The notes under the pieces: model-generated
Databases searched by the model: none
The model's input: the letters and a program-made list of their open reading frames with translations, nothing else
What the model was told of the DNA's origin: nothing
In this document: positions 36,542 through 49,439 of the stretch, one piece after another
Numbering within the stretch: position 1 is the first letter of the stretch
How the letters are laid out: each line of letters begins with the position of its first letter
Source: Gracilinanus agilis
Taxonomy: Eukaryota
Length of the DNA: 59,679 nt
NCBI RefSeq assembly: GCF_016433145.1
Contig: NC_058130.1
Coordinates: 5,584,373-5,644,051, forward strand
Direction: 5' to 3'
Position numbers and translations under genes: made by a program

Positions 36542-38718
36542 AGTAATCATGTTATGCCATAGAAAAATAAACCTTTTAAGTGGCTTCCTATTGCTTACCA
36601 AAGACAGTATACATTTCTGAACTTGGCCTTCAAGGCCTTTCACAAATTAGCCTCTGCTTACCTTTCCAAACTTAGAGAAAAATAACAATAGTAAAACCAT
36701 TATGATGCTTTAGAATTTGCAAAGTCCCTTTTTGGTAACATTAAATATTGTTAGAATAAACTAAATTAAACCTGAAGAGCCCAGAATCTTAAAAAAAAAT
36801 AACCTGATGAGGCGAGTCATCTTCATGGACTTGAAGGGAAAACAGTGTCGTCCCATAGGCCTTCACCAGCTGCAGGGCTTGAAGGAGATGGAGTCTTGAG
36901 GAGGAGACGTAGGAGAGGAGCCGGCAATACTCAGTCTTTCTTTGTCCTGGGGAGCCACTCCCCACCTTGCAGCTTCCACCCAACACTGAGGATCGATAAG
37001 GAAGAAGACGAGAATTGGAGAGATGGTTGATATCTGGGATGACTATGACCTCCATGGCTCCTGAAAGCCTGGAGGACTTCCTTCCGGTTCCTTATTTCCC
37101 CACTGGTTTTAGATACGGAAGAATGCCACCCTGCGTCTCCAAGTAGACTTTGTTATTTCTTTATTAAAAAAAATAAGGTTGGCAATTCCCATAATGGAGG
37201 TCTCTTTAATTAGATTTGTCTGCCTCTACTCCCAGGACCCATAACCTTCCATGTCCTCAGTCATTTTTCATTTCAGAAAGTTCTACCATACTTAGGAGGT
37301 GGGTAAAGCTTAATTTCACTTGATAAATGAAGTTTAGATGCCATCAGAATGGATGGTGGGATCCCTCCCTGCCCAGTGAGCTAGCTACCAGAGATCCATG
37401 TAGGAGCAGAAGTGCAAAGCGCTCCAGCTAACAGAAATGCAGATTTGAAGACATGTAGTGACCAGAGATGGCACGTCTCCAAGATCTGTGGCTTCATGAT
37501 GTTCATACGCTGTCGGCTTTCAAATGGGCAGAGATGGGCAAAGGCTTGGATTTCCTGGAAAAGTCATGCTGTTCAGGTTAAGACAGGTGGCTGGGACTGA
37601 ATCCCTTCTGGGACTTTGAGCCCGGAGAGAGCCTGGGCCATCGTCTAGCCTGAATTCTCAATGTCACAAAAGATGGGTAAATCAAGGCCAGAAGGCTACA
37701 CAAACTTACCCTTAGGACACAAGCTTATTACGGGCAGATCTGGAGAATAGATCCAGATCTTATCAGTCCTCCTGGGGTTCCCTTTCTATGTCATGTCCGA
37801 TGTCCTTTCTAAATCTTCTCTAGCTTAAACCTCCCTATTTCGTCCAGCTCGTCTGTTTTTAAAAATGTGTTTTTATTGCATTTTACTTGTTTTCAGTTAC
37901 ACATAGAAACAATTTTTGACAACTATTTTCTGACATTTTGTGATTCAGATTCTCTCCCTCCTCTGCCCTCCCTCTCCCTGAAGTCTGATAGAGACTAAAT
38001 AACTATAGACTGTATAAACTGATGTAGGCTACAGCAGTTCAGCTAGTGCTCGAATGCCTTTGTTTCTCATTCCCTCATTATTCTGGGCTCCGACCTCAGA
38101 ATACACTGCATTTGGCCAGTAGCTTTCATAACCTGTCCCTTCCCCCTCCCCATTATGAATGCGATACTGTAGAGATGATCAGAGGAGGGCACAGTATGGC
38201 CCAGGCATTGCCTTAAAGTCATGCTCATTTCTTTTGTCTCCTATAGCAAGATGGAAAATCCTACGGCTCGGATTTCATTGCAAAGCCCGGATCTTTTTCA
38301 AGTCGACTGTTGACCAGCCAGGCCTCTTTAATTCTGCACTTGGGGTTGATTTTTTTTAACTCAACTGTGGAATTTTGCATTTATCCCTGCTGGATTCTTA
38401 TCTTACAGGATTTAAACCATTTCTCCTAGCCTGGCCTGATCTCTTTGGATCCTGACTCAGCCAGCTTGTGCGCTCCGCTTCCAAATTCTGTGTCATCTAT
38501 GAATTTCCCTAACGCTTCCCTCTCTGACTTCACTGGGAGAGAAAAGGACTAGGCCAGGGCCAGGTACGGACCCTGAGGGCACTGTGTTGGCGATCTTCCC
38601 CGGCCGGACACACCGGGCCACTGAAGACTACGGGGTTGATTTGGTCATTTAACCATTTCCAAATCTAACCAATCTACTGTAATCTAGCTCACAGCTCCCT
38701 CTTTTGAAATACAGATAT

Positions 38719-38922
38719 GGGCAACAGGTAGATGGCTCAGTGGATGGAGATCCAGGCTTAGAAATGGGAGATCCTAGGTTCAGTTCTGGCCCCAGACACT
38801 TCCTAGTTGTATGTCCCTGAATAAGTCACTTAACCCCCATGCTTAGTCCTTACCACTCTTCTACCTTGGGACCAATCCACAGTATTGATTCTAAGATGAG
38901 AGGTGAGAGTTTTTAAGAAAAA
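38719..38922 (+). mobile_element. Opossum SINE2-type element
   Basis: Head, CORE and tail ccttaccactcttctaccttgggaccaatccacagtattgattctaagatg. Confidence 0.9.
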
Positions 38923-39679
38923 ACAAACACCCACAAATCCTCTGTGTAGCAGCCCTTAGTTGCCTACCTCAGCCAAGCCCATAAGCTAGTTAAAGAAGAA
39001 AGCAGGGTTTCTTTGGTGCTAAGTGTCCGTGATGAAACTGCAGTAGCTCAGGGCACTCACTGTCTCCTCTTCTAAATAGTTTTGAGCCTTCCCTTTAGGA
39101 ATAGTTTATAACGTCTCAAGAAATCCGAAGTTGGATCCGTGGTTTGTAATTTCAAATTACAAAAACAAATTACAAACCACGGTTCCGACTTTTGTTGAAA
39201 ATCCTGAAACGTGGGCATCTCCGATTGTTTCGTGACTTGCCCACAGAAGACAGCTGGGCTCGTCCTGCCCTTTTCTCTCTGGCCTTGGGTGTCGGCTACC
39301 TGTTAGCCATTTTCTTTTTATCTCTCTGAGTACAATGACTCAGAAAAATAAGGAAGACAAGAGTTCAGTAATTCTTCCTTTTCCTTTCTTTCAAGTCTGG
39401 GACATGGTGAGGAGCATGCTGGCCCCAGTTACACTTAGGGCGCAATAGAACTGAAGTGCCTGGTGCTTCTGGGAAGGCTGCGCCCCATGTCTTGTCTGGA
39501 TATTTTCTTAATGACGTTTGGCTGACATACACAGAGGCGGCTGAGGGAGAGGCACGTGAGATGGATGGAGCATGCAGCAGAAGTTGAGTGCAGCTTCCTA
39601 TAGCTTTTTGAAACTCCATGTTCCAGGCTCTCTCTTTACCCTTTGGAGCCCACCAGCTCTTGCTAGCAGTTGAAGTGAC

Positions 39680-39886
39680 TTTGGAATTCAGTGGAGAATG
39701 TTGGGTTTGTAGTTAAGAAGACTTGAGTTTAAATCCTTCCTTGTGTGACCCTGGGATAGTCACATACCCTCTTCCAGCCTCAGTTTCCTCATTTGCAAAA
39801 TGTAGTTAATAATATCATCTACCTTCCAGACCTGTGAGTGTCAAGATCAAATGAGATAACTTGTTAAAGGAATTTTACAAATGTGG
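39680..39886 (+). mobile_element. MIR-type SINE running into the gap
   Basis: agacttgagtttaaatcc...gcctcagtttcctcatttgcaaaatg...agatcaaatgagataa. Confidence 0.8.
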
Positions 39887-40126
39887 NNNNNNNNNNNNNN
39901 NNNNNNNNNNNNNNNNNNNNNNNNNNNNNNNNNNNNNNNNNNNNNNNNNNNNNNNNNNNNNNNNNNNNNNNNNNNNNNNNNNNNNNNNNNNNNNNNNNNN
40001 NNNNNNNNNNNNNNNNNNNNNNNNNNNNNNNNNNNNNNNNNNNNNNNNNNNNNNNNNNNNNNNNNNNNNNNNNNNNNNNNNNNNNNNNNNNNNNNNNNNN
40101 NNNNNNNNNNNNNNNNNNNNNNNNNN
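39887..40126. other. Assembly gap (240 N)
   Basis: Run of N. Confidence 0.99.
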
Positions 40127-40155
40127 CTCTTAGTTGGCTTAAAAACCTAACTGTC

Positions 40156-40356
40156 GGGGCAGCTGGGTAGCTCAGTGGAGTGAGAGTCAGGCCTAGAGAC
40201 GGAAGGTCCTAGGTTCAAACCCGGCCTCAGCCACTTCCCAGCTGTGTGACCCTGGGCAAGTCGCTTGACCCCCATTGCCCACCCTCACCAATCTTCCACC
40301 TATGAGACAATACACTGAAGTACAAGGGTTAAAAAAAAAATAAAAAAATAAATTGA
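40156..40356 (+). mobile_element. Opossum SINE1, tail variant
   Basis: 16-bp TSD taaaaacctaactgtc at 40140-40155 and 40357-40372. Confidence 0.95.
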
Positions 40357-43009
40357 TAAAAACCTAACTGTCCTGTATGCTCTGTCTGAGCTAATTCCAG
40401 AAGGTCTGCTAGTTGCTGGATTACTGCGCCATCTCTTTTGAGGGCTCCTTTGAAGTTTCTGGATGGTCAGCCCTGGCTTTGGCTCTTGGGTTGGAGGAGG
40501 TGACCCCGAGGCACCGGCCATCCTAGAAACCCAGGAGCCTCTGAACCTTGGCTTCATTTTCAGGATTCATTGAGCAAACAGGTTGCTAATGAGTCGACGT
40601 TATTTCCTCAACAATTTTGGGTAGGGAAGGAAGGCCCTTCTCGAAACTGGGAACAAAGCTCCCTGTTGAATGCGTGCCATGGGGCAGGCTTGGTGCTGCC
40701 AGGGATGGACGAGACACTACCCAAAGGGACTCCCTCAAAGCCATAGGAACCGAGTGTTGGAGGGGGGCCCTTGTTTTCCTGGACGCTGGCTTTACTCTTG
40801 TCCTTGATAGTTTCCCTTTTTTCCAACCTCCCTTCTTCCAATCTCCTTGCTGATAGTCTCAACTCCCATGATGCTTCAGCTTGCTGGTTCTCTCCTTGGT
40901 GATCTACGTTTCTTCCTCTCCCTTGACTCTTCTTGCTTTCTTTGCTTCCTCAGTGTGGGGATTCCCCAAAGAGAAGAGGGGAAGCAGCTCTGCTCTAGGA
41001 GGGTTCTGGATGGAAGGTTTTAGTTCTCTCTTCCCGTCCTCTCCAGGGAGGTTCTCCTTAGAGCCCTCGGGAGCCATGACTGCTGTAGGAAGTCACGACG
41101 CTGGCATTTTGGGGAGGGGGAAATGCATGCTTCCAGATCCACTTGGCTAAAAGTGCTGGGCACTGTCCAGACTGAGCACATCCGGCCTGCAGTGATGGCC
41201 CGAGGCATGGGCCGGTTGCAGGGGGAACAGTGGAATGGCGGGAGAAAGGCAGGGACATGCCTTTGGCCGCTGGGCTCTCTTGTTGTCTAGAGATCTGCTC
41301 TGGGTCTTGCGGCCCTGATTTAGGGTTACATTTCGCTTTTCAGTTCTTTGCATTCCAGGATCTCATTAGAAAATGGAGGATCAGCCCCAGATGAGAACTC
41401 CATTAACACCCACTCCCTTGGAGGCCCAGAATCCTCCTCTCGGGCCTGCGGCCATGGCCGGGGCTGGTTGGGGCATGATGAGGTGAGGCAGAGGTGCCTG
41501 AGGCCCCTTCTCCGCTCTACCAACAACAGTCTCTTACCAGCAGCTAATGAGCCGGCTGCCTGTCGTGGCCTGTCCTTCCTCTGGCTGCCAGCCCCTGTGG
41601 TCAGAGGTGATTACAGGGACGGGCACCCCAGAGACACTGGTGTTTGCAGCCCGAGAGAACGCTCCGGGGGGAGCTGGCTGGGCTGGGCTTGCCAAAAGGG
41701 GCCTTTGTGCCTTGAGAAGCCTTGGGGAGTCGGTCTGGGTCGGAGCCTCCATCTCCCAGCAGAAGGAGGAGGGTGATCTGAGAGCCGGAGCGACACCGAG
41801 CCCGGCTTGCAGCAGGTCCTGTTTCCTGGGGAGGCTCACGTGGACGGCTGACCGCAGGCCACCTGGGTCTTCACCGAGATTCACTTAAATGTAGGGACTG
41901 GCCGGTGGGGCTCCTGGCCAGCCCGTCTCTTCAGAGCCCAGGCTCGGCGGCAAGAGAACACGGCCCAGCTCAGCCTGATGACAAGGATCGCTCTCCCTGC
42001 AGAGGAGCCAAAATAAGGAACTTTAGATTTGCCGGCCCATTCTGCAGCTGAGGAAGCTGAGGGCCCGGCGTGTGAACGGTAGCAGACAGCAAAACGAGCA
42101 TCCATGCCCGAGCCCCGGCCCCCTCCACACTCCGCTCTACGCTCCGTCTGTTTCTTTGGCTTGGCTGCATCCTCCAAATCGCCTCGGACGTGTTAGTGCC
42201 TTATGGTCAATGGTGATGGTTCAAGAGGTGGCAAAAGCCCTCTTGTCATGCTTGCACGCTCACACAGAGACACGCACACGTGCACGTGCACACGCAACCA
42301 CATACACGGCTTAAGGAGAGCTCGAATGCACTATGGGGAGATGCCCATCCTCTGCTCTCTAGGACAGGAGGCTCTGCTCCCAACCCTTCACTCCATTTGC
42401 TCCTGGGAAGCCTAGTGGGGGGACTTTGAGTGCTTTCCAGAGAATTGCCCACGAGGCAGGGCTGGGCAGGATCCCTCCTGAGAGTGAGCTCTGTCCCCAA
42501 GAGCAGTGCGCTGCCTCATGACCGAGTCTTCATTCAGAGGCTGGAAGGCCACTTGTCAGGGATGATTCTTGGTTTGGGGTACAGGGTGGCTCCCGGGGCC
42601 AGCTGCAGACATCCTGTGAAATGGGGTCTTCCCTTTGAGCCGAGAGGAGCATTCCATGAAGCGATGAGGGCCCAATCCAAGAGATCTCCGTGCAGTGCAT
42701 AAGATATATGAGCCAAGCAGAAAAAGGAACCTCTTTCGGGGTCCTTTGATGGCGGGAGGCCCCTGCTGAAGTGAAAGCAGCCCCCACAGGAAATATTTTG
42801 AGGCCTAGATGAATGCTGTCATCCAATAGCAACAACAGCCTTGGGATGGGCCTACCAGAGCTAACGGAGACTCAGCTGGATTCTCACAAGTGTCGAATGC
42901 TTCCACTGGTCGCTCTACTCTGCGCTGGTCAGGCTGGCCCTTGAGTATTGTTTACATGCATTTTCTGAGAGACTAGAAGGCGAGGTCAAGCATTCTTGAG
43001 GGTCTTTCA

Positions 43010-43199
43010 GGTGGCTCAGTGAATAGGGAGCCAGGCCTGGAGATGGTAGACTCTGGGTTCAAATCTGACCTCAGATGCTTCCTCGGTGTATGACCCTGGG
43101 CAAGTCACTTCACCCCCATTGCCTAGCTCTTCCTGCTCTTTTGCTCTGGAACCAACACACGGTATTGATTCTAAAACGGAAGGGAAGGCTCTAAAAAAA
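43010..43199 (+). mobile_element. Opossum SINE2-type element, slightly 5'-truncated
   Basis: Duplicated gtctttcaggtg at 43002-43013 and 43200-43211; SINE2-type tail gtattgattctaaaacggaaggg. Confidence 0.9.
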
Positions 43200-45530
43200 G
43201 TCTTTCAGGTGAGAATGTGAGCACGTAGGAAGAGCACGGGGCGTTTGTCTGGAGAAGACTGAGAAAGAGGTGGCAGCTGCCCTTACATCTAAGTGACATT
43301 GCTTGGGGAAGAGGGATTGGAATCGTTCTCTGTGGCTCCAGAGAGTGGGAAAAGGGCCACTTGGTACAAATGGCAGCATCTGGTTTGGGCTGAATAGAAG
43401 TTCAAGTGTCTCGACCATGAGCGTGGAATGGGTTGCCGTGGCCATAAGCAATGGCTGTGGCAAGGCTTCTGGCTTCAAGCAGAGTCTGAACGACCTCAGA
43501 GTGGGTGATGTCTTGGGTACAGGGTTGGGCATCCCCTGGAGGTCCTCATCACCCGAAGAGCCTGTGACTAGAGTTTGGAAGCGGTTCCTAACAAGAGCCA
43601 TTATCTTGGTCCACATTCTTTCGGGGTGTTGATATTTTACATGTCAAGTAACATTTTCAATTCGCTAAGAAATAAGGTATTTGCAACCCGATGCCTGGCA
43701 TGTAGATGCCACAGAGCTTGGAAGGATCGCCAACCCACTGGGAGGCAGGTCGAAGATCCAACAATCTCTCAGCAGGCGGGAATGATGGGCTGCGTCGAAT
43801 GGGATGCAATCTGAGAGGGATAAATCCAGACGGTTGTACTTGGCTTCAAGGGGAAAAAAAAATCCATTTTATGAGTACAAGATGTTGGGGACAAGGCTAG
43901 GCCAGAGGAGATGGGAAAATAAGCTGGGCTTTTAGTGGATGGGAAAGTCAAGGTGAGTCAAGACGACCCTGTGACTTGGCATCCCCAAAAAGCGATTGGA
44001 GAGAGAGCAGCAGAGGAAGAAGAGCACCGAGGCTTGGTTCCTGACTCCAGTGACGGCTGCTCATGGCATCCTTTGGCAAGTCATCGAACGTTTTGGAGCC
44101 GCGCTTCCCTTTTCTGTAAAACAAAGCGGTTGGATTAGATTCTCCGCAAGGGCCCTTTCCTCTCCGAATCAGCCAGGCCGATGCCATGATCTTGGGCCAC
44201 GTCCGTCACGTAAGGCCAATGTCCAGGAGGACAGAAGTGGTCCTCCCGCTTTGCTCTTCTCTGGCCAGACCACAGATGGATGATTGTCTTCAGTTCTTGT
44301 TATCATGTTCTGTGAAAGCCATCGATAAGCCGGAGACTCTCCTGAGGGAGGCTGGAAGCATGGAAATGACGGTGCTTGAGGACCAAAGGCAACGTAGGTG
44401 AAAGAGAGAAGACTGGCAGGGTGGAGAAGATGGACCTGGCTTCTGAGTACTTGAAAGGCTGCCATGGAGAATCTACACTGATTCTACTTGACTCCAAAGG
44501 GAAGAATTAGAATGAAAGGGTGGAGTTGGCCATACCAAAGTGGCAGCCCCGTGGCAGCTTCCTCCTGGAGGATGCTAAGATAATTCCTGTTGTGCTGTGG
44601 GTACACTAGACAAGAAGGCTAGAGATTGAGTCAGAAAGAACCAGGACCAAATCCTACCCCAGACAGTTAGTAAATGTCGCCCTGGACAAGTCTCCCCTTT
44701 CTGGATCAAGTCTCTTAATTTTCAAAATGAGAGTTTTTCACTAACATGGTCCAAACCTTTGAAGTTCCTCCCATTTCTGAGATTCTGTCCCACAGAGATC
44801 TGTAGCTGCTTTCTAAGAACGTAGTGGGTGGGTGGGGAGTGGTCAGTGGAGGTCTCAAGTTAGAAGTTTGGCGCATAAGTAGACGTGTGTTCTGTTTTTG
44901 AAATCTCAGGAAAATCTCATTGTTTCAGTTCTTTCCATGCCTGTCCCCAACCTGATCCTGACCGTGCCCAGGGACTCCATTGCTCCAGGTGGCACCTGAA
45001 TGCAAGAGAAATTTGCAGTGAAATGAGAAACATGAATTAGGGAGGCAGTACAGTAGAGGGACTCACTGGAAGACGAGGCGAAGTAACTGGGGATGCTGAG
45101 CCTAAAGGGATGAGTTCGATGGGCTAAAAAGGGGCATGAGAGCTGCTTTCTGAGGGGGTGGAGGAATTCCGTCTCTTCTGCTTGACTTCAGAGTAGAAGA
45201 TGTGAGAGGAAAACTTGGGTGTTATGGTAGGGAAAACTTCATAACATGCAGAATCCCAGACTGGGCCCTGGAAGGATCATTGTATCCAATCCTCCCCCTT
45301 TTTTTAGAGGCAAGAACTGAGGTCCAGAGAGATATAATGATGCCTCAGATCAGAGAAACTGAGTGCAAATCTTACCTGTGAGGCTTACTCACTCTGAACT
45401 CTTAGCTTAATTCCTCCTAAAGATTGCTTCACTTCCTCCCCACTAGCTTTGAACTCATCATCCTGGTTCACTTCTCCCCTCTCAGCCATGCTTTCTAACT
45501 TGCCTCCCCTGTTAGAAATGTAAGCTTCTT

Positions 45531-45723
45531 GGGGGCAGCTGGGTAGCTCAGTGGATTGAGTCAGGCCTAGAGACGGGAGGTCCTGGGTTCAAATCTGGCC
45601 TCAGACACTTCCCAGCTATGTGACCCTGGGTAAGTCACTTGACCCCCATTGCCCACCCTTACCACTCTTCCACCTAGGAACCAATACACAGAAGTTAGGG
45701 GTTAAAATAAAAAAAAAAAGAAA
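45531..45723 (+). mobile_element. Opossum SINE1 inserted in an L2 3' end
   Basis: 16-bp TSD agaaatgtaagcttct at 45514-45529 and 45724-45739. Confidence 0.95.
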
Positions 45724-46149
45724 AGAAATGTAAGCTTCTGGCAGGTAGGGCTGCCATTTCCCCCCCTTGTATTTTGTGTCCTTCATCACAGTGCATAATA
45801 AATTCATCAATCATATTCTACTGCGTGAATTAGCTTCCTTGTGCCTCAGTTTCCTCATGTATGAAATAAAGCCTCTGAATTCTCTTTTAACTCCATCACT
45901 ACCATCTTACGATTTCAATGTTTATCCATTTCTTAGAGTTTTGTCAGACTGAAAGGAGGAAGTGAGCAGAAAAGAGAAGCCAGCATTCCATGAAAACCTT
46001 GCAGATAGCCTTCGCAGGCTGCAGGGAGGCGGGGGGAGGGGGAGGGTTGACATATAAGCCGCCAGGTCTTTCTCTTCTCTGTTTCTATCTCCGGTCTTAC
46101 CATCCTAGATTCTCTCTTCTTGGCCCCATTTCCCAATTTCCAACTGTCT

Positions 46150-48930
46150 TCTCAGCCCAAGTGCTTGACTGCGAATGGTGGTGTGCTACAGGAGCTCTTG
46201 GGGGTTCAAATCCTTTCCCTGGAAAACTGGAACACTGAGCAAATCACTTCCTCTTTGGAGCTCAGTTTCCTCGTGTGTGCAGTGAAGGGGTTGGAATAAA
46301 TGGCCCCTAAAGTCCCTTCTAGCTCTAAGTCTATGATCTATAATGCAATGTCTACTGTAAGGAAGCCGCGGTGGGAAGGTCTGAAAAGCCCCTGGAGAGG
46401 ACAGATGGGCGGAAGGTAGTTCTCTCTCTTCTCTGGCCTCTCCCAGTAGATTAACGAGCCTGGATTTGGTGACGGATGTTGGCCATTCTCGGCTAGTCTG
46501 GTTTCCTCATCCACTGAATCAGAGCCCTGGAGTCCAAGGTGGGCCCTCCTGCCTTTACAGGGACACACACGGATTTCCCATTCTTCATGTGATGTGGTTT
46601 GCCTAGATGGTGGTACATGATTCCTGGATGCTAATCAATCAGTTCTCGGACATTTTGGAAAGGCCTCTGGCGTGTCGGCCTCCCAGGAGGCTGGCGTCCT
46701 GCCAAATCGAGATGGGAGGCGGGCAGTGCCCCTCCTTGGAACCTCTGCGCCTTTCCCTTGGGGAGTCAGAGGGAAAACTTGAAGGACCAAGACAAAAGGA
46801 AAGTGGGTGGATGGAGGTGAGTAGGAAGGATTCAGGAGGCTGGAGAAGGCAGTTCTGGAGACCCAGGAAAACGATGCCTTTCATGTGGGTTCTTGCTGAA
46901 ACTCGGGTTTCCGGTTGCCTATTTCTGCTGTTTTAGGCAGAGACGCTCTAGCTGTCGTCCAGGGAAGACATACAAAAATCAAGCAGGGCGTACCTCTCTG
47001 GCTTATGGAGGTTTCCAGAAAAGGAGATAAAGGAGGTAAGCCTCGTGACCAGAGCAGAGTGTATTTGCCTTGGACACTTGGGGCTCCAGATATGTTTTGA
47101 ACAATCACAGAGAGATCAATGCAGTTCAACAAATGAAACAGCTCCTACATGTCACAATACATCTCAGTATTACAGCATGGAAACACAAATAACACAAATA
47201 GTCAACTTTTCTAGAGGATTATAAGGTTGTCAAAGCACCTGGCATATGTTAATTTATTTGGTTTTCCCAATAACCCTATGATATAATTGATAGTATTATT
47301 ATTTCCTTTTTTACAGATGAGGAAACTGAGTCTGACTAAGTCTGATTAAATGACTTGGCCAGAGTCACACAATTAGGAAGTAGCTAAGATAGCATCAGAA
47401 CTCAAAGCCTAGAGCTCTATTAACTCTGCGGCAGTTCCTATAGAGAAAAAATAAAACTGTCCCTCCCCTCAAAAGGCTTCAATTCTGTGGGTGTGAGAGA
47501 GGATGGGGCAGAGTGGAGAATAATACAAAGGAGATAAGTAGATAGCTCATATCCTCAAGGAAACAGTCATTTCAGGGAGAGGGTGCTAACAACTGGGGGG
47601 GGGCATCAGGAAGTGTGTCGTGCATAGGAGATGGTGCCTGAGTGAACTTCGAGGGGAGCTGGGGAGGAAGGGGAACATCCTAGGCAAGACAGGTACCTTC
47701 TAAAGGGAAGCAAAGGTGAATAAGAATGTGAAGAGTTACCCTTTGGTGGGGTTTCCAAAGGGCCTCCCTCTGTGGGCTCAGGAAGTCTGGGTAGACGACC
47801 CTTTCAACTCTATTTCCCATTTCTGATTCTGATCAGAGTAACGCCATCTTCCCTCATTGAGTCTTTTCAAAGTCCTTTTCTGCGTGTGATCTATGATCCT
47901 ATGATCTTCATGGCATGGGAAGTAGGCAGGGCTCTAATCCTCATTTTTGCTGAAGAGGAAACTAAGGCCCAGGGAGATTTTTTAAAAATGAGCTTCCCAG
48001 AGCTTATCTGGTTAAAGCCTGAGCCAAGATTAGACTCCGAGGCTTTATACTCTTTCCTCAGTTCTCTTTGTGTCTCCCCCTACTACCTCCCATTGCCCTT
48101 TGAAGCTTGCCACCAATCACTGGCCACTGCCTTCATAATGAATGATGATACAGTTCTCTGGTAACTGGTCCAGTGTGCTTCCTTCCCTGAGAATGGCATC
48201 ATTGGAAACATTCTGGCTTTGAAAAGCTCACCCACACCAAGCAGTAAAAGAATACAACCGTGTTTGATTTTGTGTTTTTGAACAGCCGGTCTCTGATTCT
48301 GTATGCTCCTGGGAAGGGCCCCAGAAAGGAATAAAAGGGCCATGCCTATGGGAGATGGCATGGGCCTTGGGAAGGAGTGCCTGATTTGGTATCAGAGGAC
48401 CTGGGTTTGAATCCTGCCACTGTGAGCAATGGAGCAAGTCTCGTGGGCCTTCAGTTTCCTCATCTGTAATGGGAGAGGGTTAGACTAAGTAGGTCCCTTT
48501 CAGCTCAAAGTCTACGATCCTATGAATGTGAGATATGACAAATGTTGACAACTGACATTTATCAGACCATCCATGGGATTTTCTATTTGAAAAAGCCCTT
48601 CCCCTGAAAGACAATCTTATTTCCCACCTCCTCGTTCCTGGAACTCTTGTTCCTTTGGGATCTCATGCTTTAGACCCTCAAAAACATCCTTATTGCTGAC
48701 TTCCTCTCTGTTGAATACTCTTATTCCTTTGGGATATTATGCATTAATGCTTGGAAATTGTTTTATGTCCTTAAAATATCTCATTTAATCTTCCCAATAA
48801 TCCTGGGAAATAGGCTATTTTTATCCCTATTTTACACATGGGGAAACTGAGGCCAAGGCCAAATGACTTGTCCAGAATCACACAGCTTATAAGTTTATGA
48901 GGTAGAATACACATCCAGGTCTACTGACTC
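46150..48930. mobile_element. Cluster of MIR/MIR3 and L2 fragments (about 46150-46340 +, 47200-47440 -, 47440-47720 L2 -, 47870-48060 -, 48350-48530 +, 48750-48930 -)
   Basis: Repeated CORE motifs (ttttacagatgaggaaactgag; ctcagtttcctc...tgta). Confidence 0.7.
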
Positions 48931-49439
48931 AATCCAAGTCCAACAAAGTATTGCTACAGATTTCTCTTGGGCAAAGAAGAACGTTAGCATTGTGACTTAT
49001 AACGCAAAACTCTGATTGCTAAATGCGGATCATAAGCTTCTTTGAAAAAATGCACTGACACATGGCTGCACACATGTATGCTATTAATAAAAGGGCTCTG
49101 ACTCTTTGGATGCTCTGGGTTGTTTGGTTGGTTGTTTTCTTTTCTTTCTGGTGACATTTTATTTTGGTTTGCCGTTTAGCTGGGATGCTGGAAATGAGGC
49201 ACGGAACAGAACTCCATGCCATTCAGGCACGTGAACGCCCTGCTTTATGTGGATCTGCTCGGCTTTCCCAGCTGGGTAGCAGTTCAGAACCTTGAACAGG
49301 TCAAGGAGAGGAAACACAGGAAATGTAGCTTATGGGTTGAGGAGAATGATGGAAGCAAAGAATCATCGCCTTTTGGATTTGGGAGGGACCTTAACTAGGC
49401 TAGATTCCTTGCTCCCTTGTCCTTTTGGAGTTCATACCT

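Noticed and set aside
21611-44995. CTCF-like matches CCTCCAGGTGGCGA (21611-21624) and GCTCCAGGTGGCAC (44982-44995)
   Set aside because: Each has two mismatches to the core; such matches are common in GC-rich DNA and cannot be supported without ChIP data.
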